Origin: a virus
Lineage: Duplodnaviria > Caudoviricetes
Length of the DNA: 64,000 nt
IMG/VR virus record: IMGVR_UViG_2756170261_000003
Location: 1 to 64,000 of that record
Reading direction: 5' to 3' (one strand)
The notes below the pieces were generated by a model. The model was not told the DNA's origin, searched no databases, and was given only the letters and a program-made list of their open reading frames with translations. Shown here piece after piece: positions 19,656 to 28,606 of the stretch. The position numbers and the translations under genes are program-made. The number at the start of each line of letters is the position of its first letter. Positions within the stretch are counted from its first letter, which is position 1.

Positions 19656-20816
19656 TCAGGCCATCATTTCGGGCGTAACAGTGGTGCGCGCCACTTCCCC
19701 GAACTTTGAATGGTAGGTCATGGCCGTTACCTGGCGCTCGGCCAGCCAGCCGCCCCGGGCCGCGTAGGCGTCGCGCGCGGCCAGCGTCGCATGCTGGTGA
19801 ACGATCATCCCGCTATGCTCGCGCTCTTCGACGTGGTGCCGGTGTCCGGTGTGGGCGTAGCGCTTGCGGGTGCCGCCCCATATCTTCGGGAACTGGGCGG
19901 CAAACAACAGGGGTAGCTGGTCGTTCTTGCGAAGGTGGCCGTGGTGGAAGGCCAGCATCGTTTCGCCGTGCTGGTACGTGTAATACGGCAACTCGGAATC
20001 AATGACGGTGATACGCGGCTCGTTCTCGTAGATGGCCTTGAACATGTGCCGCAACCAGACGCTTGAGGCCATGTCGTGATTCCCCTCGGCCAGCAGGACG
20101 ATGACATGCTCATGCCTGGACAGGGCAAAATCCACCACGCGGCGCAGTATGCGGATAGCCACGGCCACCATTTTCGAGAACCGGCCATCGGCGTCAACGA
20201 TATGGCCGCTGGTGGGCGTGACGGGCGCGATCCCATCCCAGTGCAGGAAGTCGCCCAGTTGGTTCACAACGCAGGACGCCGCCGGCGGGCTATGCATAAC
20301 CATGTGCTCAAAGCATTCGGTCAGCGTGCGCTCGGCGATCTTCATATCCCAGTCGTCGCCACCCTCCTTGTGCCAGGCCAGCATGCCTACGTGGCTGTCC
20401 GTCAGCGTGTACAGGTTGCACAGGTCGGCCACCAGGGTACGCTTAGGCCCGGCCACGGGGCGAACGCGCGGTAGCTCTTCGGCCAGCGCTTCCATGGCGG
20501 CGCGCTTGGCGGCCTGCAGTTTTTCGTCGTCAAGGCTGGACTTCACCCATTGCCCGGTGACTTTGCCATCCTTGTTGTAATAGGTGCTGACGCCCTTTGC
20601 GATATGCGTATCCGGTACGGCCCGGGTCATGTCGTGGGCGGGCGAATAGCCGTGTATGGCGGCCATGGTTCGGACACGATCCATGCCCTTGTCGATGGTT
20701 CGGCGGCTGATCCCCATGGCCTTGGCGGCCTTGTTGTTGCTTCCGTGCTTGATCACGGCGTCGATATACTCGGCCTGCCTGGGCGTGGCCCACTTTTTCA
20801 ACTCTACGTCAATCAT
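19656..20816 (-). CDS. HTH + calcineurin-like metallophosphoesterase
   Basis: N-terminal HTH (KAAKAMGISRRTI); DSH, GDFLHWD, GNHD, HHGH, GHRHH. Confidence 0.8.
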   Translation of the reverse strand: MIDVELKKWATPRQAEYIDAVIKHGSNNKAAKAMGISRRTIDKGMDRVRTMAAIHGYSPAHDMTRAVPDTHIAKGVSTYYNKDGKVTGQWVKSSLDDEKLQAAKRAAMEALAEELPRVRPVAGPKRTLVADLCNLYTLTDSHVGMLAWHKEGGDDWDMKIAERTLTECFEHMVMHSPPAASCVVNQLGDFLHWDGIAPVTPTSGHIVDADGRFSKMVAVAIRILRRVVDFALSRHEHVIVLLAEGNHDMASSVWLRHMFKAIYENEPRITVIDSELPYYTYQHGETMLAFHHGHLRKNDQLPLLFAAQFPKIWGGTRKRYAHTGHRHHVEEREHSGMIVHQHATLAARDAYAARGGWLAERQVTAMTYHSKFGEVARTTVTPEMMA

Positions 20817-20827
20817 TACAGCCCCAC

Positions 20828-21130
20828 TCAATCGCAACGGTTACGCTCTTCGTCCGGCGCGTACACGCGTTGGGCGGCCCAGTCACGTAGCGCGGCCTTG
20901 TCGGCATTGGACTGCCGCACCACGCAACGCAATTCGGCGTTCAGAATAAGCAGATTACGGTTCTTGTTGCCTTCCAATACAGGCTCGGGCCGGTCAGCGA
21001 TCAGCGCCGCCGGCGGCGTCTCCCGCACGATCTTCGGCGGCTCCGGTGCTATGGTGCGGGTTGCCCCACAGCCTACCAATAAGAGCGTCAGGAATAGGCA
21101 TATCAGCCCACGCGGAAGATTGCGGATCAT
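20828..21130 (-). CDS. o-spanin (Rz1-like lipoprotein)
   Basis: Lipobox LLVGC, Pro-rich, C-terminal SNADKAALRDW; overlaps i-spanin. Confidence 0.8.
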   Translation of the reverse strand: MIRNLPRGLICLFLTLLLVGCGATRTIAPEPPKIVRETPPAALIADRPEPVLEGNKNRNLLILNAELRCVVRQSNADKAALRDWAAQRVYAPDEERNRCD

Positions 21131-21431
21131 TATTCATTACCTCGTTCAAATCAATGCGCAGGGCCGACAATTGACGCTGCATGTCGTTATCTTCCGCCAT
21201 GCGGGCGGCCACAGTCGCCTCGGTTTCCGATTGGCGGCGGCTCATTTCGTCAATGGCCTTCTGAAAGCCCGTCAGCTTGCCGGCCAGTTCGGTTACGCGG
21301 GTCTCTGCCGTCTCCGCACGCTTGCGCGCGTCGGACACTTGGCCCCATAGGAGCCATGACAGGCCAGCCAGCGCGGCAATCACCAAGCCGCCGGCGGCGT
21401 AGGCCTTCCAGCCAGTGATTTTGCTAAGCAT
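20994..21431 (-). CDS. i-spanin (Rz-like)
   Basis: N-terminal TM, coiled coil, WADMPIPD. Confidence 0.8.
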   Translation of the reverse strand: MLSKITGWKAYAAGGLVIAALAGLSWLLWGQVSDARKRAETAETRVTELAGKLTGFQKAIDEMSRRQSETEATVAARMAEDNDMQRQLSALRIDLNEVMNNDPQSSAWADMPIPDALIGRLWGNPHHSTGAAEDRAGDAAGGADR

Positions 21432-21945
21432 CGGCGGCCACCATCAGGACGTTGGCGACTTCGCGCGCGACAAGCCATTTCTTGTCAAGGTATCGGCGCA
21501 GGTCATCCGGGTTGCTGATGAAGAAAAGCTCAAGGATGATGCCCCCGGCGCGAACGTAGCCAAGCCGCGAGTGCTGGCCAGAACCTTCCCCTTTCGCGCC
21601 ACGGTTGACGATGCCTAGAACATTCGCCACGGCCTCGCACAGTTTGGCCCCCAACGCCTTGTCCTTGTCTTGGCTCAAGGTCTCCACGCCGGTCGCTGAC
21701 GGGTTCGTGAATGCGTTGCAGTGGAATTCGACCGCGATGTGCCGGGGCTTGATCAGCTTGATTGCAGCGTTCAGCGACAGGTTTTCATTTCCCTCGCCAT
21801 CGGTGCGAATATCGGCGGCGGCCTGCCGAAGATAGTGGGCAACCATGTTGCGAAAATCCGTGACAATGTGGGCCTCGGTAACGACGCCGTTTGTTGCGCC
21901 GGGATCTACGTTGCTATGCCCCGCCGTGATGACGATAGTGCTCAT
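21424..21945 (-). CDS. Endolysin, N-acetylmuramoyl-L-alanine amidase (Amidase_3)
   Basis: TAGHSNVDPGA, E, FHCNA, ILELFFISN. Confidence 0.92.
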   Translation of the reverse strand: MSTIVITAGHSNVDPGATNGVVTEAHIVTDFRNMVAHYLRQAAADIRTDGEGNENLSLNAAIKLIKPRHIAVEFHCNAFTNPSATGVETLSQDKDKALGAKLCEAVANVLGIVNRGAKGEGSGQHSRLGYVRAGGIILELFFISNPDDLRRYLDKKWLVAREVANVLMVAADA

Positions 21946-22213
21946 GAGTGCATTTCCTTACTATGGCCGCGCAGTTGCCCCGCGCGCGCCAGACCAGCGC
22001 TGATACAACCAGCGAAACAAGTGCCGCCCAAATTGACGTTGATGTGAGATTGAAGGCCAGCGCCAGCAGGTATACGCCGGACGCGACAAGCAGCAGGTAG
22101 GCAAGCAAGGACGCGCCGAACTTATAGCGTGATCCCCCTCGCCGGTAACTGATCAGCCTGATTAGCGTCAGAACATTCGCCGTGATGGCAATGAGCGCGA
22201 TGATCATGTCCAT
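21914..22213 (-). CDS. Phage holin (3 TM)
   Basis: YRRGGSRYK, RARGNCAAI, hydrophobic segments, directly upstream of endolysin. Confidence 0.8.
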   Translation of the reverse strand: MDMIIALIAITANVLTLIRLISYRRGGSRYKFGASLLAYLLLVASGVYLLALAFNLTSTSIWAALVSLVVSALVWRARGNCAAIVRKCTHEHYRHHGGA

Positions 22214-22225
22214 GCTTGCCGCCCC

Positions 22226-22591
22226 TTACTTTTTGAAGGCGGCGATGATGGCCGCCCAGGTGGCCGCCACGTCCATTGTCTTGATTCGGTCGATAACGGT
22301 GAGCGTGGTATGCACCACCAGAGCCGATACGATGTAGGCAATGAAGAGCGGGTTCTTCAAAGGAGAAAGCGCGGCAACGTCCGGCACAGCCGCGTACCCA
22401 ACTACCAGCGACACCAGCATGTAAGCCAAGCGCCGCCATATATCGGTGTCCTTCGCCGTCAGGGCGAAAGTGACAGACCCGGCAAACGCCCCGATAACAG
22501 CCAGAGGGTCAAGCCTGGTGAACCAAGCGGTCGCCCCTACCGTTGCCGCAACAATGCCTGCCGCGATGCTTGTTGAGATTGGCTCGGACAT
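22226..22591 (-). CDS. Putative holin/antiholin
   Basis: MSEPISTS start after AAGGAG; VIGAFAGS; multiple TMs. Confidence 0.75.
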   Translation of the reverse strand: MSEPISTSIAAGIVAATVGATAWFTRLDPLAVIGAFAGSVTFALTAKDTDIWRRLAYMLVSLVVGYAAVPDVAALSPLKNPLFIAYIVSALVVHTTLTVIDRIKTMDVAATWAAIIAAFKK

Positions 22592-23244
22592 TAGGACGGC
22601 TCCTTTTTTGCGTATTGCTTGAACGGTGAAATTCGTGCGGCCAACATGGCCTTGTTTTGGGGGTCGCCATCCCACGGGATTTTCCAGCCGAGAACCACCT
22701 CAAGGCATCGCTGGCCGTAGAAATACCATTGCCACTGAAAGAGCCATGCCACGCGGCCACGCCCGTTTACGGCAGTCCACCAGCTAAGGCAGGGATAGCC
22801 GCTATCCCACTTGTCGTCTTCGTCGCGGTGCCTGATGACCTTCTTGACGCCGGTTTGATCGAACCCAACAAGGCGGGCAAAGCCGTAGGCCGGGTTGCGC
22901 CAGAGCCATGCAACGCGGCAGACGTAGCGAAACCACGACTTGCTGTCGTAGTCGGCCTGGGTGAATGATGCAAAGCGCTTGATGCCCCGATACTTGCCGC
23001 TGTACCACCACGCATCGGCGCAATCGTCATGCGTGGAAAAAAGGCGGAACAGCGGAATCAGGAACTCGCGCATCTTGCCCGGGAACTGGCTTGGGTAGCC
23101 GGTCGTAGCATTCTCTTCGGCCATGACAACAAAGCACGGGAGCGCGATGATTGGGCCGACGATGAACGTCAGGGCCTTCATCAGCACCAAGAACAGGTAG
23201 CAAGGGATGAAGCGAATGAATGAGGCAAAGAGTGCGCGAGACAT
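22591..23244 (-). CDS. Hypothetical phage protein (Trp-rich, N-terminal TM)
   Basis: 217-aa ORF with WLWRNPAYGF motif, coupled to holin. Confidence 0.7.
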   Translation of the reverse strand: MSRALFASFIRFIPCYLFLVLMKALTFIVGPIIALPCFVVMAEENATTGYPSQFPGKMREFLIPLFRLFSTHDDCADAWWYSGKYRGIKRFASFTQADYDSKSWFRYVCRVAWLWRNPAYGFARLVGFDQTGVKKVIRHRDEDDKWDSGYPCLSWWTAVNGRGRVAWLFQWQWYFYGQRCLEVVLGWKIPWDGDPQNKAMLAARISPFKQYAKKEPS

Positions 23245-23257
23245 GATTTTTTGAGCC

Positions 23258-23638
23258 TTACTTTTTGGCGCGCCTTTTGCGCCGGGTGTTGGTATTATTG
23301 GCCCCCTTCGAGTGCCGAATCTGGCACTTTTTCTGTTCTTCGACCCATGCGTTCAAACAGTGATTGGTTTGCCCGTCCAGCACGAAAAACAGCCAGTCAA
23401 TGAATTTGACCAGTCGCCCGTAAATGGCCTTGTCTCGCATTCGCCAGCAGCGCGAAGAGAAAACCTCGTCTTCGTCGCCGCCGGCGGCCACGTTGCCAAG
23501 CTGATCAAAGCCAACAGCCAGACGCCAGCCCCGCAGGCCCGAACCGAATACCGCCGACAGCGGTATTGCGGCCAGAGACCACAGAGAGACCAGCAGGCAG
23601 GCCAGCCAAATGAGCATCCAAGCCGCTACCTGCCTCAT
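23258..23638 (-). CDS. Hypothetical phage membrane protein
   Basis: FDQLGNVAAGGDEDEVFSSRCWR...IDWLF..NHC. Confidence 0.7.
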   Translation of the reverse strand: MRQVAAWMLIWLACLLVSLWSLAAIPLSAVFGSGLRGWRLAVGFDQLGNVAAGGDEDEVFSSRCWRMRDKAIYGRLVKFIDWLFFVLDGQTNHCLNAWVEEQKKCQIRHSKGANNTNTRRKRRAKK

Positions 23639-23640
23639 GA

Positions 23641-24258
23641 CTACGCTCCCATCTGTTCATCAAACAGCGCCTCGAAGGAAGGCACGGCCAGAACATCGTC
23701 ATGCGTTTCGGCTGCATCAAGCAGGTCTTCGACGCGCTGGCGGATGCCGATGATTCCGCCCGAGGCGACGGCGTACTGCTCGGTCTTCTGCAGGATGCGG
23801 GTCGCCAGGTCTTCGCGGCCCACGCTGCGCGACGCGGCAAGCGCATCAATCAGCGGCGTGCTTGCCGTGGTGGGGTTGTTGATAAGGTCTTCGGCTTCCT
23901 TGACCTGCTGGGGCCAACTGGACACCTCGCCCTGGGGGTAGCTCTTGGACAGCAGCGCAAGGAAGCGCTCCGCCGCCTGATTGGCCTGGGCCAAGCGTTC
24001 GCCCTTGGACTGGCTGATGATGGCTTCATCGCTGGCTTCCAGTTCCAGCATTGCGACAAACTGGGTTTGCGCCGAGTCGCAGGCGGGAATGGTTGGCACG
24101 CCGCCCTTGGGCTGAACGTCCACGAAGTAGCCGGATGCTGAATAGTCGGTCGGAACCGTCCACACGCGGACTACGGCGTCTTTCGCCAGCTTGGGCAGTT
24201 CCTGAATCTGCTCACCATTGGCAAGCAGGACGTGATTTTGAATGGTGATAGCGTTCAT
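23641..24258 (-). CDS. Tail fibre assembly protein-like
   Basis: YPQGEVSSWPQQVKEA...TPLIDALAASR...GIRQ; located after the fibre/DGR cassette. Confidence 0.65.
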   Translation of the reverse strand: MNAITIQNHVLLANGEQIQELPKLAKDAVVRVWTVPTDYSASGYFVDVQPKGGVPTIPACDSAQTQFVAMLELEASDEAIISQSKGERLAQANQAAERFLALLSKSYPQGEVSSWPQQVKEAEDLINNPTTASTPLIDALAASRSVGREDLATRILQKTEQYAVASGGIIGIRQRVEDLLDAAETHDDVLAVPSFEALFDEQMGA

Positions 24259-25289
24259 GGTGCATAGCTCCGGGTGAGGGTAAAGTCAGAAAGGACGCCG
24301 GCAACCGTATCGGCGGCCTGGCAATGCTTTGCGTAGGCCAAGAAACTGGCTACGCGGGGTTGGATATAGTCGAGACCGACGATGCCGGCGCGGTATTGCT
24401 TCGCAAGCTTGCGGAACGCGATACGCGCCTTTTTGATGTTTCGCTTGCGCGGCAACATGTGCGTAGACCAGGTTCGATAGCCGGCGAAATCGACGCCGCG
24501 CGAAGCCGGGAAGTAGCTGGTCTTCGGGTTCAGGCGCAGGTTGAGCGCTTCGACTTCATCGGCCACAAAAATCAGGATCATTTCGGCGGCCCGCTTGTTG
24601 GGCGCAACGATGATGAAATCGTCCATGTAGCGCACGTACATGCCGATGCCGGCGTAATCCGTCACGGTATGGTCGAGCTGATCCAGCATGATGTTGGCTG
24701 AAAGCTGACTTGTGAGCGCGCCAACAGGCAGGCCCACGCCGTCATCGTGGCCGTAGGCCGCCGTGATCGTTCGCCACAGATTCAGCGTGTCGCGGCATGA
24801 GATAACTTTCTCGATGGCGCGGAACAGAATCGCATGATCAATGCTGGCGAAATACTTGCTTATGTCCGCCTTGATGACGTACGGATGCTCGTACCGGCGC
24901 TGGGCCTCGCGCAGCATCTTTTGCAAAGCAAAGACGGCGCGCTGTGCGCCCTTGTCGTGGCGGCAGGCGTAGCTATGGTTGATGAACCGTTTTTCGAATA
25001 GCGGCTCCACCACGCTGAACAGGGCATGATGAACAATCCGATCCTTAAACGGCGGGGCCTGAATGTTCCGCTGCTTCGGCTCCATGACGCGAAACTCGCG
25101 CGCGATGCCGGGTTGCCATGACTTCCAGATCAGGTGGTTGTGGATATTGATCAACCGCTCTTCAAGGTTTGCGCTGAACTGCGAGACCTCGCGGTGATAC
25201 CTCTTGCCCATTCGGGCCGATAAATACGCCTTCCAAAGATTATCGAAATCAATCACACTGCTGTACAGATTGTTGTACGTCTTTGCCAC
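24255..25289 (-). CDS. brt: DGR reverse transcriptase (likely GTG start 25289; alternative ATG 25319)
   Basis: FKDRIVHHA, KADISKYFASIDH, GLPVGALTSQ (DGR GxxxSQ signature), YVRYMDDF, GVDFAGY. Confidence 0.93.
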   Translation of the reverse strand: MAKTYNNLYSSVIDFDNLWKAYLSARMGKRYHREVSQFSANLEERLINIHNHLIWKSWQPGIAREFRVMEPKQRNIQAPPFKDRIVHHALFSVVEPLFEKRFINHSYACRHDKGAQRAVFALQKMLREAQRRYEHPYVIKADISKYFASIDHAILFRAIEKVISCRDTLNLWRTITAAYGHDDGVGLPVGALTSQLSANIMLDQLDHTVTDYAGIGMYVRYMDDFIIVAPNKRAAEMILIFVADEVEALNLRLNPKTSYFPASRGVDFAGYRTWSTHMLPRKRNIKKARIAFRKLAKQYRAGIVGLDYIQPRVASFLAYAKHCQAADTVAGVLSDFTLTRSYAP

Positions 25290-25475
25290 TGGTGAACCTT
25301 GGTGATACTTGTGTTGCATAGGTGCCACCAGCCACGTTCCCGCTGGTATCCCGGTACTTGCCGCTGGTGACTTTTTATCTTCGTCGCGCCGATGGCGGCG
25401 CGTCTGGACAACCGCTCCGAAGGATAGGTACTGGAATGCGGCCCGTGAGCCGCAAGCTTCTGACCGTGAAAATCG

Positions 25476-25596
25476 TTCGCGAGGCGAGCGCCGATGTTCG
25501 TGTTCGAGTTGGACGCGGGGTTGTTGAGGTTCAGGCACCACAGCCCCGCATTGGACGCGTTCGTCCAATTCCCGCCCACAATCGAGAAAAACTCGC
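25476..25596 (-). repeat. DGR template repeat (TR)
   Basis: 121-bp copy of VR; 9 AAY codons; mismatches to VR only at TR adenines. Confidence 0.95.
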
Positions 25597-25620
25597 ACTA
25601 TCAAGCGATTGCCCATACCG

Positions 25621-26022
25621 CTATCCCGCCGATCTAAGCCAGCCACCAACCATGCGGCCAACTTCATTGACGTGATTCATCCACGTTGCATACTTGTGCG
25701 GGTTGATGTATTCCAAGCGCAGGCTCTTGGTGAGCCATTTGCGCAAGACTTCCACCTCTACGTCCAAATCCTGCAACGTGGTTTTTTTGTGATACCGCTT
25801 CCATCCCACAATCGTCAGGCGCTGAATGATGTTCATCGACGCTTGAATCTGCGAACACAGCAAATGCCGCTCTATCCGTGGATATTGCTGCAATGCCTTA
25901 TGCGTGTACGTTTCCAATTCCTCAAGCTTTGCCAACAGTGCTTCATGCGGCGTTGGCTGCTTGTGAGATTTGGATTGGAGCGGGCTTTCGCCCGCCCCTT
26001 CGTGACTCAAGGGGCTAGACAC
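25621..26022 (-). CDS. avd: DGR accessory variability determinant Avd
   Basis: YPRIERHLLCSQI, KKTTLQDLDVEVEVLR, EVGRMVGGWLRS; located between VR and TR. Confidence 0.9.
   Translation of the reverse strand: MSSPLSHEGAGESPLQSKSHKQPTPHEALLAKLEELETYTHKALQQYPRIERHLLCSQIQASMNIIQRLTIVGWKRYHKKTTLQDLDVEVEVLRKWLTKSLRLEYINPHKYATWMNHVNEVGRMVGGWLRSAG
25980..26015 (-). other. DGR target-recognition hairpin(s) downstream of VR
   Basis: GCGGGC-GAAA-GCCCGC (25995-25980) and GCCCCTT-8nt-AAGGGGC (26015-25994). Confidence 0.7.
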
Positions 26023-26023
26023 A

Positions 26024-28597
26024 TCACACCTTCGCGAGGCGAGCGCCGAGGCTCGTGCTCGAGTAGGACGCGGGGTTGCTGAGGTTCAGGCACCACAGCC
26101 CCGCAGGGGACGCGTTCGCCCAATTCCCGCCCACAAGCGAGAAAAACTCGCCGGCGCTGTTGAAGTATTGGTAGTCCGGTGCCGTGGCGTCGGTGTTGGT
26201 GGTGGGGCCTGTCTTGGCGATGAACACATCATCCAAGTCGAACCCTTCGCCCGAGGCGTCCATGAACGTAGTCGGGTAGGTTGCGCCCGTCATGTTCGGC
26301 GGATTCTGTCCGGTGGGAATCCATGAGCGGTTGCCGTCGCGATCCCACAGGTGAACCACGCCGTTTACCAGCTTCAAGCCATCCATCCAGCCCCAAACGT
26401 TGCCCCACAGGCCAGTAATGCCCCGATAGGTCGCCTGCATTACGTCAGCGGCGTCCACGTTGGCGGCGCTGCTGGTGTTGACGCGGCCTTGCCCGGTCTT
26501 CGTCTGGCTGTCCATCGTGGCGTTTTCGACCAAGTACAGCCACTGGATGGCGCTCCACATGTAGACGTTCCACAGGCCAAAGCCAGAGACGCCCGACACG
26601 TTGCGCGCTTGCGCGTCAGCCTGGAACTGAGTCAAGGTGCGGCTGACAGTCGGCAGTACGCCAGGCTTGGAATCCAGCTTGCCGCCGGTCATGCTGGCCT
26701 GATACTTGCCTACATAGAACTGGTCAATATCAGTGCCGTAATGGCGGAACGCGGGGTGCAGCGTGTAGCCTTCCAGGGCTTGGTCAGAGATCCACCATGC
26801 CGTTTTGCCGTTGTTCGCACCGCCAGAAATCACAGCCTTGCGGATATAGAACTTCGGTATCTTCATCATCGTCTGACCGTCGATCAGAACTTCTTGGATA
26901 CCGCCCCAAATCGGGTGAGAGTTGAAGAAAGAAGCGCCAGGCGCAGCAACGGTATTGCCGTCTTCATCGACGTAGCCCCAGGCCCCGCCGTTTCCGCCCG
27001 TTGTCAGCAGCACCACGCCGGAGACGTTGGCGAACGCCGCCTTGGTGGTGATCTTCACTTCGGCGGAATACTCCGACCAGCCGCGCGCCGTGCCTTTGTG
27101 GCGGGCGCGAATGAAGTAGACCGTGCCGCCGGCTTCCAATTCGTTCGCGGGAACAACCCGGGAAAGCAGGTTTACCGCGTCTTCACCAGAATCCCAAACA
27201 GGGGTAGCCCATGTGCCGCCCGCTGCGCGGATTTGCCACTGGCTGGCCGCGTGCGTGTCTTCGCCGCCAACCGTTGAGAATGAGCCGGTTTGAAGCGTGG
27301 GGGTTTCGCCCACTTCGGTTGCATTGTTGGCGGGGGATACGAGAGTAGGAGCCGAAACATAGGAGAAAGACGAATCAGTGGTAAAGCTGGTGGCAGCGCT
27401 CCAGTCAGACCAAAGGCCGGACGAATCCATGACGCGAGCGCGGACGTAGTACGTGGTGTCAAGCTGCAGGACGGCGGCAGGCATCGAGTACGACAGGCCG
27501 GCGGCCTGGGTGCCGGAATCATGGAGAACGGCCAGGAAGTTCGAGGTCGTGGAGACTTGGAACTGAATGCCGGCCTGCTGGGTGCCGCCCGGGCTGGTGT
27601 AGTCGATGATGGCGAGCGTGGGCCGCTCCATGATCCCCGTCGCCCCATTGCCGGGCGCGGTGATAACGGGCATCGTCGGACGCATTTCGGGATTGGCAAA
27701 GCCGCCCAGGCCGGTAGCCGCCGACATGGAAACGATGTGCTGCAGAACCATCGGTTCGCCTTCCACGTCCACGCGCAGGTAGCCGTCGCCGCGCATAGGC
27801 AGGGCGTATTCGTAATCAGCGAAGCCGGCGGGAATATCGCCGCCCTGGCGACGCATCGACCACTTGCGCTCAACCCAGTTGGGATTCAGGCTGTCACGGA
27901 AGTACAGGCGCGCCAGGCCAGAGTTCAGCGTACGGCGAATGACGACCGCGCCGCCCTCTGCATCGCTTCCGATATTGACGGGCTTGGACAGCCAGATATT
28001 GCCAACATCCGCCTCCGCGCGGATCGACGGAATGATATTCATCGAACAGCGCGAAATGGTGCCGCCTTCGAAGTTTCGCGGCAGGTTGGAGTGCAGCCGC
28101 AAGCGGAACTCCGACAGGATGGCCTGGACGCGGATCAGAACCGAACCCGATTCATCGTGCAGCACGTAGTAATCGCCCACGGAAATACCGGCGGTCGATT
28201 CAACGTCTACGGAGTCGTCGCCGGAAACGCCTTGCGTGATGGCCGCGCCCTCGAAGTTGATCAGCGTGAAGCCCGGCCCCCACAGTTCCAGCGCAATGCG
28301 GTTATCACGGTACAGCCAATCGAGCGACACAGCCCGCTGAACGGATACCGCGCTGGTGCCGGAAATGCTACCGAATTCGGACTCCATCATGCCGAGGGCT
28401 TCGGCGATCTTGGTTACGCGCGCGCCGAGGGTAGGCTCACTACCGCGTGCCGTTTCGAGTTCGCTTTCAACGCCCTCTTGCCGACCATCAAGGCCCGCAA
28501 AGTTTTCGTCAATTTCAGCGTAGCGGGTATTCCAAAGAGCGGGAACCGCATCGGGTTCGTCATTTGGAATAGGCGTGATTTTTTCGTGGGTTAGCAT
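26024..28597 (-). CDS. DGR target: tail-fibre/receptor-binding protein with two FnIII/Ig-like repeats and C-terminal CLec (Mtd/FGE-like) domain
   Basis: PVITAPGNGAT / PTLVSPANNAT repeats; VGKYQAS, GLWGNVWGWMDG, GGNW...GARLAKV. Confidence 0.88.
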   Translation of the reverse strand: MLTHEKITPIPNDEPDAVPALWNTRYAEIDENFAGLDGRQEGVESELETARGSEPTLGARVTKIAEALGMMESEFGSISGTSAVSVQRAVSLDWLYRDNRIALELWGPGFTLINFEGAAITQGVSGDDSVDVESTAGISVGDYYVLHDESGSVLIRVQAILSEFRLRLHSNLPRNFEGGTISRCSMNIIPSIRAEADVGNIWLSKPVNIGSDAEGGAVVIRRTLNSGLARLYFRDSLNPNWVERKWSMRRQGGDIPAGFADYEYALPMRGDGYLRVDVEGEPMVLQHIVSMSAATGLGGFANPEMRPTMPVITAPGNGATGIMERPTLAIIDYTSPGGTQQAGIQFQVSTTSNFLAVLHDSGTQAAGLSYSMPAAVLQLDTTYYVRARVMDSSGLWSDWSAATSFTTDSSFSYVSAPTLVSPANNATEVGETPTLQTGSFSTVGGEDTHAASQWQIRAAGGTWATPVWDSGEDAVNLLSRVVPANELEAGGTVYFIRARHKGTARGWSEYSAEVKITTKAAFANVSGVVLLTTGGNGGAWGYVDEDGNTVAAPGASFFNSHPIWGGIQEVLIDGQTMMKIPKFYIRKAVISGGANNGKTAWWISDQALEGYTLHPAFRHYGTDIDQFYVGKYQASMTGGKLDSKPGVLPTVSRTLTQFQADAQARNVSGVSGFGLWNVYMWSAIQWLYLVENATMDSQTKTGQGRVNTSSAANVDAADVMQATYRGITGLWGNVWGWMDGLKLVNGVVHLWDRDGNRSWIPTGQNPPNMTGATYPTTFMDASGEGFDLDDVFIAKTGPTTNTDATAPDYQYFNSAGEFFSLVGGNWANASPAGLWCLNLSNPASYSSTSLGARLAKV
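26031..26151 (-). repeat. DGR variable repeat (VR)
   Basis: Encodes C-terminal EFFSLVGGNWANASPAGLWCLNLSNPASYSSTSLGARLA; 112/121 identical to TR. Confidence 0.95.
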
Positions 28598-28606
28598 TTA
28601 AGCTCC

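Noticed and set aside
22644-22685. Eighth late-promoter copy before the holin
   Set aside because: GGAAAA is present but the best -10 (CATGTT) is at N31, not N29, and it lies in coding sequence.
24255-25289. Group II intron or retron RT
   Set aside because: No maturase/endonuclease domain or msr-msd; GxxxSQ motif, avd and TR/VR identify a DGR.
25290-25667. N-terminal extension of the 470-aa RT ORF, and the 108-aa ORF 25253-25579
   Set aside because: Both read through TR/spacer RNA; RT homology starts at VAKTYNNL, and the TR ORF only mirrors the VR peptide.
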